From an uncultured archaeon (GTDB lineage: Archaea; Asgardarchaeota; Lokiarchaeia; Sigyniarchaeales; SOKP01): DNA of 27,804 bases. The stretch lies in the NCBI GenBank assembly GCA_964525635.1, contig CAZGJX010000051.1:1-27804 (forward strand), written 5' to 3'. Positions 1 through 9,960 of this stretch are shown piece after piece (the stretch's first letter is position 1; each line of letters begins with the position of its first letter). Below the pieces are notes generated by a model. That model worked only from the letters and a program-made list of their open reading frames with translations, did not search any database and was not told the DNA's origin. The translations under genes and the position numbers were made by a program.

Positions 1-302
1 CGAAATATAAACCAAGACTAATGAATCAATCGGAAAAAATCCAATTTCTAATAGGTTTTATTATATTAATAGGATATCCAATTCCTTTCCTTATCATTAA
101 ACAACAATATATTTATCTAATTTTTTCGATAATTGGAATAATATTTTGGCTAACCCTAATGCAGACTAAAATATGTACGATTTGTATTAATTTTTCTTGT
201 CCTCTTAATCGAGTTGAGAAAAAATACAGAGATCTTTTTTTGAAAAAAAATCCAGAAATGAAAAAAGCTTGGGAAGATTGTGGTTATGAAATTGGGTTAT
301 GA
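1..302 (+). CDS. Hypothetical membrane protein with Cys motif, probably 5'-truncated by the window edge
   Basis: ORF 21..302. The frame stays open upstream to the window start (KYKPRL-M). Two hydrophobic stretches are followed by CxxCxNFSCPLN. Confidence 0.6.
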   Translation, partial: KYKPRLMNQSEKIQFLIGFIILIGYPIPFLIIKQQYIYLIFSIIGIIFWLTLMQTKICTICINFSCPLNRVEKKYRDLFLKKNPEMKKAWEDCGYEIGL

Positions 303-330
303 GTAATAATTAATATATTTCTTTCTATTT

Positions 331-2436
331 TTAATTTTCCCAATTAGATTTTACATATCTTAATATTGTATTGTAATCATTCGTAGGAGGTTTACATATT
401 TTATTAAAACAAATATAAGCGGTAGCCTTATCATTAATTTTATCAAAATATTTGATAAATTGTACATATTTATCAATCATTGGAGAATTTTCATTAGTGG
501 GTCTATATATAATTGTTTTATTTGGAAGGAAATTATTTGATATAAATCTAAGCATTAATTCTGTATCTTTTGAATCTGAATCTCCTGCTATTACTATAGA
601 ATAGGTTGGACCTAATAAAAAATCAATTGCAATTAAAAATTGCATATAAGCAAGTGGATTGTTCTTTATTTTATCTACAAATAAATTTCCCATTAATTCC
701 GCTTTATCCTGCAAAACTTGATTTCCTGTTAAATAACTTAATCTTAATAAATTTATCATTGCAATAGAATTTCCAGAAGGAATTGCGCCGTCATAAATCT
801 CTTTTTGCTTTAAGATTAATATTTCTCCATCATTGGCTGTAAAATAGAATCCTCCATTAATTTCATCCCAAAAATAATCTAACAACTCATTGTTTAATTC
901 AATAGCAATATCAAGATAATAAACATCAAAAGTTACTTCATAAAGTTCAATCAGTCCCCATATAAAAAAGGCATAGTCATCAATATATGCATTAATCTCT
1001 GCGTTATCATCTCGATATCTATGTAATAGGCGGTTATTTGGTTTATATAAATAATTCATTATAAAACCTGCAGCTTTTCTTGCAGCTTTAATATATCTTG
1101 GATCATTTAATATTATACCTCCTTTTGCTAATGCTGCTATTATTAGTCCATTCCAATCTGTTAGGATTTTATCATCTTTAAAAGGTTTTATCCTTGTATT
1201 TCGAATTGAAAATAACTTTTTTCTGATATTCTCAATCTTGATCTTAAATTCTTTTGTATTTATATTTAATTTTTTACTAATAGCTTTCAAAGATTTCTCT
1301 AGATGTAAGATATTCTTTCCATTTTTTTTCCTGTTTGATTCTTCAAAATAATTCCCTATATCACCAATATTATATACTTCAGTTAAAATCTTTATATCTT
1401 CTTTTTCTAAAATTTGATCAAGTTCTTCTTTTGACCAAACATAATATTTACCTTCAACACCTTCACTATCAGCATCTTCTGCAGAATAAAAACCTCCTTC
1501 TGGTGATATCAAATCTCTTAAAACATAAGTGAATATCTGTCTTGCTATTTTTGCATATTCCTTATTTTTTGTTAATTGATAGGTTTCTAAATAAGCTAAT
1601 GATATCATAGCTTGATCATAAAGCATTTTCTCAAAATGGGGCACTAACCAATTTTGATCTGTTGAATATCTATGGAAACCAAATCCAATATGATCATAAA
1701 TACCTCCCATACTCATTTCTTTTAATGTTTTTTCAACCATTTTTAATGCTGTTTTTTCCCTTGTACGTTTCCAATATCTTAGAAGAAATAATAGGTTTTG
1801 TGAAGTAGGAAATTTAGGAGCTAAACCAAAACCTCCCTTTTTTATATCAAATCTATCTTTAAGTTGATTATAAGCATTAATTAATATTTTTCTACTTATT
1901 TTATCCTCTGAACCTTTATCAAGAAAATTCTGAAGAGCATCAGAAATTTTGTCACTTGACATGTAAATGTCATCTCGTTGAGAATTCCAAATGATCTTTA
2001 TTCTCTTTATTAAATCAATCAATCCTATTCTCCCATATTTAGTTTCTTTAGGAAAATAAGTTCCTGCGAAAAAAGGTTTTTTCTCAGGAGTCATTAATAT
2101 TGTTAGTGGCCAACCTCCTGAACCAGTTAACATCTGACATACTAACATGTAGATTTTATCTATATCTGGTCGTTCTTCTCTATCCACCTTAATTGATATA
2201 AAAAATTTATTCATTAGTTCAGCTATATCAGGATCTTCAAAAGATTCGTGGGCCATAACATGGCACCAATGGCAAGTGGAATAGCCTATAGATAAAAAAA
2301 TAGGTTTATCTTCTTTAATTGCTTTATCAAAAGCTTCATCACACCATGGGTACCAATTAACAGGATTTTTGGCATGTTGGAGTAAATAAGGACTTTTTTC
2401 TTTGATAAGATTATTCGATTTTAACATTAATTTCAA
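331..2436 (-). CDS. yyaL: Thioredoxin-domain protein, YyaL/SSP411 (SPATA20, DUF255) family
   Basis: Family motifs [17 protein letters not shown], [58 protein letters not shown] and [10 protein letters not shown]. Confidence 0.93.
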   Translation of the reverse strand: MKLMLKSNNLIKEKSPYLLQHAKNPVNWYPWCDEAFDKAIKEDKPIFLSIGYSTCHWCHVMAHESFEDPDIAELMNKFFISIKVDREERPDIDKIYMLVCQMLTGSGGWPLTILMTPEKKPFFAGTYFPKETKYGRIGLIDLIKRIKIIWNSQRDDIYMSSDKISDALQNFLDKGSEDKISRKILINAYNQLKDRFDIKKGGFGLAPKFPTSQNLLFLLRYWKRTREKTALKMVEKTLKEMSMGGIYDHIGFGFHRYSTDQNWLVPHFEKMLYDQAMISLAYLETYQLTKNKEYAKIARQIFTYVLRDLISPEGGFYSAEDADSEGVEGKYYVWSKEELDQILEKEDIKILTEVYNIGDIGNYFEESNRKKNGKNILHLEKSLKAISKKLNINTKEFKIKIENIRKKLFSIRNTRIKPFKDDKILTDWNGLIIAALAKGGIILNDPRYIKAARKAAGFIMNYLYKPNNRLLHRYRDDNAEINAYIDDYAFFIWGLIELYEVTFDVYYLDIAIELNNELLDYFWDEINGGFYFTANDGEILILKQKEIYDGAIPSGNSIAMINLLRLSYLTGNQVLQDKAELMGNLFVDKIKNNPLAYMQFLIAIDFLLGPTYSIVIAGDSDSKDTELMLRFISNNFLPNKTIIYRPTNENSPMIDKYVQFIKYFDKINDKATAYICFNKICKPPTNDYNTILRYVKSNWEN

Positions 2437-2488
2437 TCCAATTTAGTTATTAAATTTAGACTTCACTATTTTCTATTATTAAACATCT

Positions 2489-3046
2489 TTAATGTTTATA
2501 TTCATCAATAAATATGAATTCTTCAATAGGTTTTCTTGGAGGACGTTGTTTTTCTCCTAATTTCATAAGTTCAGAAAGAACAGGATTAATCTGATCTGAT
2601 TTTTTCCCTACAATCACTAGAGTAATTAATCTCATGTCCATAGGTATTTTTAGAATATTTTTTGCTTTCAATTCATCAAATCCCGCTATAGGATGGGCAA
2701 TTAAACTTAATTCAGTTGCTTATAGAATAATGAATGCAGTCGCCATTCCTGTATCAAATAAATAATATAATCGTTCACCAATGATACAGTCATCCTTAGG
2801 TGTACTTACAACTCCAATTATTAAGGACGATTTATGGGCCCATTTATTTGCTGGTGTTAAAGCTGTATATAAATTTTCTAACTTATCTTTATTTTTAACA
2901 AAAATAAATTTCCATGGTTGTTTATTCATACAAGATGGGGCAACTTGAGCGGCTCTTACAAAAGTATTTATAACATTATCAGTTATTTTAATTTCTTCAA
3001 AAGAACGATATGCTCTTCTCTTTTCTATTGCTTCTTTTACATCCAT
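2489..3046 (-). pseudogene. Nitroreductase family protein (185 codons) interrupted by one in-frame TAA
   Basis: ORFs 2720..3046 and 2489..2671 share a frame. Read-through gives ...DTGMATAFIIL*ATELSLIAHPIAGFDELKAKNILKIP... with TAA at 2720-2722. RRAYRSF and APSCMNKQPW are nitroreductase FMN-binding motifs. Confidence 0.85.
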
Positions 3047-3308
3047 TTTTTTTTATCTCTATTATTTTGATTTATATATAATCTATATTGATTGATTCTA
3101 AAAAGCTAAATCAAAAATATCAATATTAGGATTATTAATTATTAAAAAAATCGAAAGTTAGCTTAATTAATTAAAAACAATGAATTCATTGAATATTAAA
3201 TTATAAATCTAATTTCTTTATCTTAAAAAAAAAGAAGAGTAAAATATAATATAATTCGATAAGGGAAAATGTCAAAAAATTTTATTTTAAGAATATATTT
3301 TAATTTTT

Positions 3309-4652
3309 ATGATTAAACCAAAGATATCAATAGTTGGATGTGGATTTGTTGGACTTGTAAGTGCTACCACATTTGCTAGTAAAGACTTTGAAGTTATAGC
3401 GACAACAATAAATAAAGAAGAGGCTAATCTAATTAATTCAGGGAAAACACCGTTCTATGAAAAAGATTTAGATGAAATCTTAGAGAAAGCAATAGAATTA
3501 GGAAACCTAAAAGTTATAACAGAAAATTATGAAGCAATTTTAAACTCAGATATTACCTTTATTTCTGTTGGGACACCAATGAAAGAAGATAAAACCATTG
3601 ATCTAAATTATATTTATGAAGTCTCTAACCAGATAGGAGTCGCCTTAGCTGATAAAACCTCATATCATCTAATTGTAGATAGAAGTACTATAGTACCTGG
3701 AACAACAAGAAATATAATTGGTAAAAATCTAGAAGAAAAAAGTGGGAAAGTTTTAGGAAAAGATTTTGGATTATGTATGCAACCTGAATTCTTAGCAGAA
3801 GGTAGTTCTGTAGAAAATACATTTTATCCCGATAGAATAATAATTGGTGAATATGATAAGAAAAGTGGTGACATTTTACAGAATTTATATGATATATTTT
3901 ATAAAGATCATCTTGAGAATTGTCCTATTAATAGAATGTCATTAGAAAGTGCTGAATTAGTCAAATATGCTAACAATTGTTTTCTTTCAACAAAAATAAG
4001 TTATGCAAATGAATTTGCAAATCTCGCGGAATTGGTCCCTAATGTTGATATAAAGCAAGTAATGGATAGCATAGGATTAGATTATAGAATAAATCCTCGT
4101 TTCTTTGGTTCTGGTGCTGGATTTGGAGGTAGTTGCTTTACTAAAGATTTAAATGCAATAAAAAATTGGGCACATTCTTTGGGTTATAATTCAAGATTAT
4201 TAAAAGCAGTTTTAGATATTAATGATGATCAGGCCATCCATATTGTTGATATTGCTGAAAATATGGTGAATAATTTATCTGAAAAAAAAATTACAATACT
4301 TGGACTTTCCTTTAAAGCGGGAACAAATGATATGAGAGAAGCACCCAGTATAAAAGTAATTAATGAATTATTAAGAAGAGGTATCAAAAATATTTACGCT
4401 TATGACCCAAAAGCTAATAAAGAAGCTCAAAAGATATTAAATGATGTAATAATATATGTGGATTCTATTGGAGAAGCTTTAAAAGATTCTGAGTGTGCAT
4501 TTATTTTAACTGAATGGGAAATATTTAAAAATTTAACTCCAGAAGATTTTAAAAAATTTATGAAAACTCCAAATGTAGTAGATGGAAGAAAAATATATCC
4601 TTTTGACATATTTAAGGAACATTTAAATTTTAGAACAATCGGTCATAAATAA
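3309..4652 (+). CDS. ugd: UDP-glucose/GDP-mannose 6-dehydrogenase family protein
   Basis: Rossmann GCGFVG, ISVGTP, STIVPGTT, PEFLAEG, AELVKYANN, catalytic GFGGSCFTKD, and GLSFKAGTNDMREAPS. Confidence 0.93.
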   Translation: MIKPKISIVGCGFVGLVSATTFASKDFEVIATTINKEEANLINSGKTPFYEKDLDEILEKAIELGNLKVITENYEAILNSDITFISVGTPMKEDKTIDLNYIYEVSNQIGVALADKTSYHLIVDRSTIVPGTTRNIIGKNLEEKSGKVLGKDFGLCMQPEFLAEGSSVENTFYPDRIIIGEYDKKSGDILQNLYDIFYKDHLENCPINRMSLESAELVKYANNCFLSTKISYANEFANLAELVPNVDIKQVMDSIGLDYRINPRFFGSGAGFGGSCFTKDLNAIKNWAHSLGYNSRLLKAVLDINDDQAIHIVDIAENMVNNLSEKKITILGLSFKAGTNDMREAPSIKVINELLRRGIKNIYAYDPKANKEAQKILNDVIIYVDSIGEALKDSECAFILTEWEIFKNLTPEDFKKFMKTPNVVDGRKIYPFDIFKEHLNFRTIGHK

Positions 4653-4857
4653 GTGACTTCAATTTTTTAAATAATTTGATAAAATTTTTTAAGGATAGAT
4701 ATAAATAGCTAAAAACATATATTATCATAAAACTAACTTCTCATGCTAGTGGGAATTTAATGGGAAAAATATAAAAAATTTTTTAATTTCCTAATTTTTG
4801 TTGTTTTTCAAACAACACATTAATATTAAGCAAAAGAAAGTATTATTCGTGAAGATT

Positions 4858-5784
4858 ATGAGTTATGATTATAGAAAAAAACTCCGTTCAAAAAGAATTG
4901 AAGAAGAGGAGGAGACCACAACAAAAAAATGCTGTAAAAATCCTTCCATTGAAGTAACTGATGGTGATTCAGTATGTATAAATTGTGGAATGGTTATAGG
5001 AAGAGATCTTGTAGGAAATGAGAGAAGAGCATATACTATAGAAGAAATTGAAAAAAGGAGACGAACTGAACCACGTTGGAGAGAATTTGGACCAAGAACA
5101 ACTATAGCAAATACAAAAACAGATTCAAAAGGAAAAGCTTTGGGAGCAAAAGGAAAAACCTTATTCTTACGCTTATCTAAAATTCAACAATCATTGATTT
5201 CAAGTATTGAAAGAAATTTTTGGGAAGCAAAACCAAAATTGAAAATGCTTTGTTCCAAAATGAATATCCCAGAATATATTAGGGATACCGCATGGAAAAT
5301 TTACTCAGAAGTAGCTAAAAGAAAACTTACTATGGGTCGATCTATCGATGGTTTTATAGCAGCATCTCTATATGCTGCAATCAGAGTACATGAATTTCCA
5401 AGATTGCTTGAAGAAGTAAGCGATGCATCCATGACTTCAAGAAGAACTGTTATACGTTCTCTTGGTATGATTGTAAAGGAAATCTTACCTTTATTGAATT
5501 TAAAATATCAACCAATAACAGCAGAACAACTTGTATATCGATTTGGAAATGATCTCGGTTTACCAATGCAAACTCAAAAAAGAGCAATTGACATGTTAAT
5601 AGCTGCTACTAAAAATGGGCTTATCAGAACTGGTAAAGATCCAAAAGGAATGGCGGCCTCTGTAATATATATGGCAGCTAAAGACACAAATGAACGTAAA
5701 ACCCAAGCAGAAATTGCAGAAATTGCTAAGTGTACAGAAGTAACTCTTAGGAGTAGAGCAAAAGATATAAAAAGAAGAATTTAA
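4858..5784 (+). CDS. tfb: Transcription initiation factor IIB (TFB) homolog
   Basis: Zn ribbon (CCKNP...CINCG), two cyclin-like repeats (GRSIDGFIAASLYAA; GKDPKGMAASVIY) and a C-terminal HTH (TQAEIAEIAKCTEVTLR). ATG at 4858 is preferred over TTG at 4798. Confidence 0.9.
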   Translation: MSYDYRKKLRSKRIEEEEETTTKKCCKNPSIEVTDGDSVCINCGMVIGRDLVGNERRAYTIEEIEKRRRTEPRWREFGPRTTIANTKTDSKGKALGAKGKTLFLRLSKIQQSLISSIERNFWEAKPKLKMLCSKMNIPEYIRDTAWKIYSEVAKRKLTMGRSIDGFIAASLYAAIRVHEFPRLLEEVSDASMTSRRTVIRSLGMIVKEILPLLNLKYQPITAEQLVYRFGNDLGLPMQTQKRAIDMLIAATKNGLIRTGKDPKGMAASVIYMAAKDTNERKTQAEIAEIAKCTEVTLRSRAKDIKRRI

Positions 5785-5832
5785 TTTTGAAATTTAATTT
5801 GTTTTTATCTACATTTAATATCTAAATCTAAA

Positions 5833-5859
5833 TAGTTCAATTTAAGAAATATTGAACTA
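5833..5859. repeat. Perfect 9-bp inverted repeat between convergent genes (possible terminator or protein-binding site)
   Basis: TAGTTCAAT (5833-5841), a 9-nt spacer, then ATTGAACTA (5851-5859). Confidence 0.5.
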
Positions 5860-5961
5860 ATGAATATTATTTCTATAAAATATAGAGTATTTTTTGTAGA
5901 TTAAAGAAATATCATTCTAAAATATTCCTAAGAGATTTGTTTATTTTAACAATAATTACAA

Positions 5962-6201
5962 TTATTTCTCTTTTTCTTCATCAATATCCTTTAATAATTC
6001 TCCAATAAACAATCTTTGTTTCTCTTCTGGTAGAAAAGCAATCCTTTTTAAAATACTTTTTAAATCTTCCTTGGAAACCTTTAATTTTAATAATTTATCT
6101 CTTATATCTTCAGAAAGAACACTAAAAATCTTTGAAAAATAGTTTTTTATAATATCTAATTTCTCAAAATCAAATCCATCATTATCCTCTATTGAATTCA
6201 T
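5962..6201 (-). CDS. Small hypothetical protein
   Basis: 79-aa ATG ORF with charged, helical-looking composition. No recognisable motif. Confidence 0.6.
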   Translation of the reverse strand: MNSIEDNDGFDFEKLDIIKNYFSKIFSVLSEDIRDKLLKLKVSKEDLKSILKRIAFLPEEKQRLFIGELLKDIDEEKEK

Positions 6202-6322
6202 AATAATCTTTTTATTTTATTTTATAACAAATAATATCTAGAATCTATCTATCTTTATTAGAATAAAGTAATATCAATTAAAAAATAAATAGTAGTCCAA
6301 TAATGATTAGTTTTAATAAATC

Positions 6323-6586
6323 TTAATCATATATATTGACTTCTTTAAATAATTTCGGATATTTAATTTCAATTTTACCTAGTATATCTGTAAATAGACA
6401 AATAGAATCCTCAAAAGCATATTTATTTAGTGTCTGAGACATTATATCTAGAATCTTGTTAGCACAATCAATATTTTTTTTATTGTAATTATGTTTTTCT
6501 TTAAATATAATAATTAATTCATCATAAAACCATTCTAATTCTTTTGAAAATTCCCTCTTTAATTGATTCTTATCATCATAATTCAA
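6323..6586 (-). CDS. Small hypothetical protein
   Basis: 87-aa ORF with TTG start and an SD-like AGGTGG upstream (~6599-6604, minus strand). Confidence 0.55.
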   Translation of the reverse strand: MNYDDKNQLKREFSKELEWFYDELIIIFKEKHNYNKKNIDCANKILDIMSQTLNKYAFEDSICLFTDILGKIEIKYPKLFKEVNIYD

Positions 6587-6730
6587 ATAAATCCTTAACC
6601 ACCTATAAAAAAGATTATACTATAACTTCAATAGTGAAGTTGTTTAAAAATTTAGGGATTTTCAGGTTTTTTAATTGAAATTAAAATCTTCTATTATGAA
6701 GTAAGAATTACTCTTCAATTCAGATTAAAG

Positions 6731-7081
6731 TTAGATTGATATAATACTAAAATAAAATTTTATCAGGTTTTTAGAGTAAAATTGGATTTTTTTATTTAAG
6801 GGATTTAAATGTTCGGCTTCCTCTAATATTTTTTTTGCTTTTTTGATATTATTAAGATTTAAATAAGTAAGTGTTAATAATCCCCATGCTTCTTCTAATG
6901 ATTTTTTAAGAGTAATCACCTTATTAAAACATATTATTGCTTGTTTATATTTGTTTAGACGACATTTAACTATTCCATTCAATAACCATAGTTTATAATA
7001 TTTGGGATATTTTTTAATTAAATTTTCTAAAATCTTTCCAGCTTTCGTATCATCTCTATTTAAAAGATATTTTTCAACCAA
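6731..7081 (-). CDS. Tetratricopeptide repeat (TPR) protein, start uncertain
   Basis: TPR-like repeats LWLLNGIVKCRLNKYKQAIICFNKVITL and AWGLLTLTYLNLNNIKKAKKILEEAEHLNP. TTG start with an in-frame TGA a few codons upstream. Confidence 0.7.
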   Translation of the reverse strand: MVEKYLLNRDDTKAGKILENLIKKYPKYYKLWLLNGIVKCRLNKYKQAIICFNKVITLKKSLEEAWGLLTLTYLNLNNIKKAKKILEEAEHLNPLNKKIQFYSKNLIKFYFSIISI

Positions 7082-7318
7082 TTGAATTCTTTTTTTTATT
7101 ATAATTCATCAAAATCATATTCAATAATTTGATTTATATTTATTAATCATATCCATAAAATATAAATAGTTGAATACCCCATCGTATCAATAGGTTATTA
7201 ATGATAATTAATTAACATTTCTATACATATAATTCAATAGTATATTTTTTTTAAAAATTTAAAATTCCTATAAGGCTTTATCAATTGATTAATATATGCT
7301 AAAACAGAGTAATATAAT

Positions 7319-8569
7319 ATGTTATCTGATAAGTTAACAAAAAAGCATTTTTTTACTATAGAGGATTTTTTACAAAAATATGATATATTATTCTCATTAG
7401 ATATAAAAAAGGGGATATTACTTAATTTTGATATTGGATTAAAAAATCGTTCTCATAATATATTATCTATTTTACAATTAGCAAAAATAAAGCATGCTAA
7501 TAATATTTGCAATAACTTTATGAATGCATATAATGGCGCTCATCCATTCAAAATAATTGAAAATATAGATGAGATACAACATATGATTAGAAATCGAGAA
7601 TATATATATCTTATATTTAAAACTCAAGAAGAAAAAATATTTGGATGTGTCGGTGCAAAATTGGATTTTAAAAATAAAAGAGGGTATATATTTGGATTTG
7701 CTATCAAAAAACGTTATCAAGGAAAATGTGATAACAAAAAAATATACTTAAGTAGTTTAGTTTATTTTTTAAAACAATTTAAAAGTCAGATTCTAGTCTG
7801 GACAAGTGAATTGCGTCCAAATTCTAAAATATATGAGAAAGAAAAAAGATTTTTTGGATTAAAGCCAATAGCATTTATGCAAAATAAAGATATTTTTAAT
7901 AATCAAATAGAATCAGAATTTTTTACTATAATTCATGATAAATCTGTATTTCTAAAATACAAAACTCGAAAAAGAATTAAGATAATAAAACCAGTCTTAG
8001 ATTGTTATAATTATACCAATAAAAGATATAATTTAGGAAGACCTGTTATCAAAAATCCTATTTTAAAATTAAATAAAGAAAAAATACTTAGAATAAAGGA
8101 AGAAATTATTGTTAAAACTTTACTCGATAAATATAATGATAGTATTACAACGATACGTATTAAAAATACTGATTCTTATTTTCAATATCAATATAATTCA
8201 TATAGCAACAACATAGAGAATATAAATTATCATGTTGATGATTTAGAAGAGTTGGTAGTTTTTCTAAGGAGATTAAGAATGACTATGGAAGATAAAAGTA
8301 TACGATATGTTGAATGTTATGTATCTGCTTATTCTCCAAAACATCAGAAAATATTCTATAAAGCAGAATTTATACCAAGAGGTTATCTCCCATGGCTTCA
8401 ATTTAATAAAAAATCAAATTCATTCTATGATGTTATTTTATTCAATTATTCTAAAGAACCAATTGATCTTGAAATAGAGACTAATCTTATTTCAGACACA
8501 AAAGAATTATTTAAAATATCTTCTTACCAAAATAAAATAATGGAAATCCAAATAAATAATCTTAAATAG
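7319..8569 (+). CDS. Putative GNAT-family N-acetyltransferase (probably tandem GNAT folds)
   Basis: GYIFGFAIKKRYQGK resembles GNAT motif A. The C-terminal YVECYVSAYSPKHQKIFYKAEFIPRGYLP resembles GNAT motif B. Confidence 0.6.
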   Translation: MLSDKLTKKHFFTIEDFLQKYDILFSLDIKKGILLNFDIGLKNRSHNILSILQLAKIKHANNICNNFMNAYNGAHPFKIIENIDEIQHMIRNREYIYLIFKTQEEKIFGCVGAKLDFKNKRGYIFGFAIKKRYQGKCDNKKIYLSSLVYFLKQFKSQILVWTSELRPNSKIYEKEKRFFGLKPIAFMQNKDIFNNQIESEFFTIIHDKSVFLKYKTRKRIKIIKPVLDCYNYTNKRYNLGRPVIKNPILKLNKEKILRIKEEIIVKTLLDKYNDSITTIRIKNTDSYFQYQYNSYSNNIENINYHVDDLEELVVFLRRLRMTMEDKSIRYVECYVSAYSPKHQKIFYKAEFIPRGYLPWLQFNKKSNSFYDVILFNYSKEPIDLEIETNLISDTKELFKISSYQNKIMEIQINNLK

Positions 8570-8570
8570 T

Positions 8571-8599
8571 AAAAAAAAACCTCACTTTATTTTTTTTTT
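8571..8599. terminator. Possible bidirectional oligo-T/oligo-A terminator
   Basis: A-run 8571-8579 and T-run 8590-8599 between two convergent genes, consistent with archaeal U-tract termination. Confidence 0.35.
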
Positions 8600-8662
8600 A
8601 AATGACTATATTCTTGGAATTAGATTCATCCTTCTTATTTTGAAAGATATAAAAAGGGATAT

Positions 8663-9679
8663 TTATAATTTATACTCAAATATAAAATGTGTTCTTTCTC
8701 CTACTGCATTGAAATATTTTTTACTAATATTGATAATCTTCTCATTATTTGTGTCAAAAGACATAATCCCTTTTACATCTGCTTCTTTTTCTTGATCTAA
8801 TATCTTTTTCATAGTTTTGGTTCCCATAAACAATGCTAAACCTCTACCTTGATATTTTTTATCTACAATGAATTGTTCAAAACTTTTAATTTTCTTTGAG
8901 AATGGATAATTAATAATATAACCACATCCTATAATTTTATTGGAAGGTCTATGTTTTACTTTCCATCCAAAAAAATTATTATAATTATCAAGAATATATC
9001 TATAGACTTGTCTAGCAACTTTTTCAAGATTAGGAGTAATTTGATCATATTCAAGTATATTATATGAAGTTTAATAACATCTTTGACATATTTAGTTAAT
9101 TCACATTTTTCTGGATTTATATATTCATATAGGGTGAAATTAAATTTATAATTATCAAGATCTATATATCTAAATTGAACAGAATAATGATCTATAATAT
9201 GTTTTATATAAAATCCATTTTCAATAAATATCTCTGAATATATTGGAGGATTTACAAGATTTCTTAAATGTAATTGTTTATTTCCTCCCTTTTCCATAAA
9301 TCAATATCCAAATATAAGTGATGGAATGTTAATAGGGCCTTTAACATATTTAAAACTAATTTCCCGAGCATAATGAATTAATACTCTTATTAATTCAGTT
9401 ATAATATCAGTATTATGATTAAAAATTCTAAAAAATCCAAAAAAAAGAGTATTATTATCTTCATTAAATATTATTGTTATCCCTTTAACATTTTCAGTCT
9501 TTTGATCAATTAACTCCGTATCTTCCTGTTATTTTAGAAATATAGCTTTAACTTTATAATCCTTAAATGTATTGTAAATATATTTTTTAAATTTTTTGAT
9601 TGGAATATTAATTCCATTCTGTATATATTTGAATTTCTTCAAAAGATTCTATTTTTGATATTTTTTTATGGACTATCAT
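8663..9679 (-). pseudogene. Degraded GNAT-family (YghO-like) acetyltransferase pseudogene
   Basis: Manual translation: ATG 9679, frameshift ~9625, TAA 9529-9531, TLFFGFF..KYVKGPINIPSLIFGY, TGA 9301-9303, FMEKG..VNPPIYSEIFIENGF, frameshift ~9060, FEQFIVDKKYQGRGLA (motif A), ..HFIFEYKL, stop 8663-8665. ORF 8956..9297 is a fragment of it. Confidence 0.8.
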
Positions 9680-9960
9680 ATTTTTTTGAAAAAAATATTT
9701 TAGATATACAAGTATAGACCTGATTTATTAGCTTTTATTCTTGAATTATTATAAATCTATTAATTTTATCATGTTTAAAATTCCAAATTCTTTCATTTAA
9801 TAACTCAGGGAATTGTCTTAGAGACTTCTATATTTCTTTTGAAATAAATTCATTTAAAAATCCTCAGTCTTTTCATGTTTATCTTTCTAATGTAGAGTTA
9901 AGGTTCTTATTATATTCACCTAGAATTTCCTTTATAATCAATAATAATATGAATAATGAA

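Noticed and set aside
2720-2722. Stop-codon reassignment or read-through
   Set aside because: TAA terminates most other genes in the window, so a point mutation or error is simpler.
7082-7160. Frameshifted N-terminal extension of the TPR gene
   Set aside because: All upstream frames contain stops and no convincing continuation could be built without homologs.
9301-9303. In-frame TGA as selenocysteine
   Set aside because: The context fits Gly (GGA>TGA), and the same gene has a TAA and two frameshifts.
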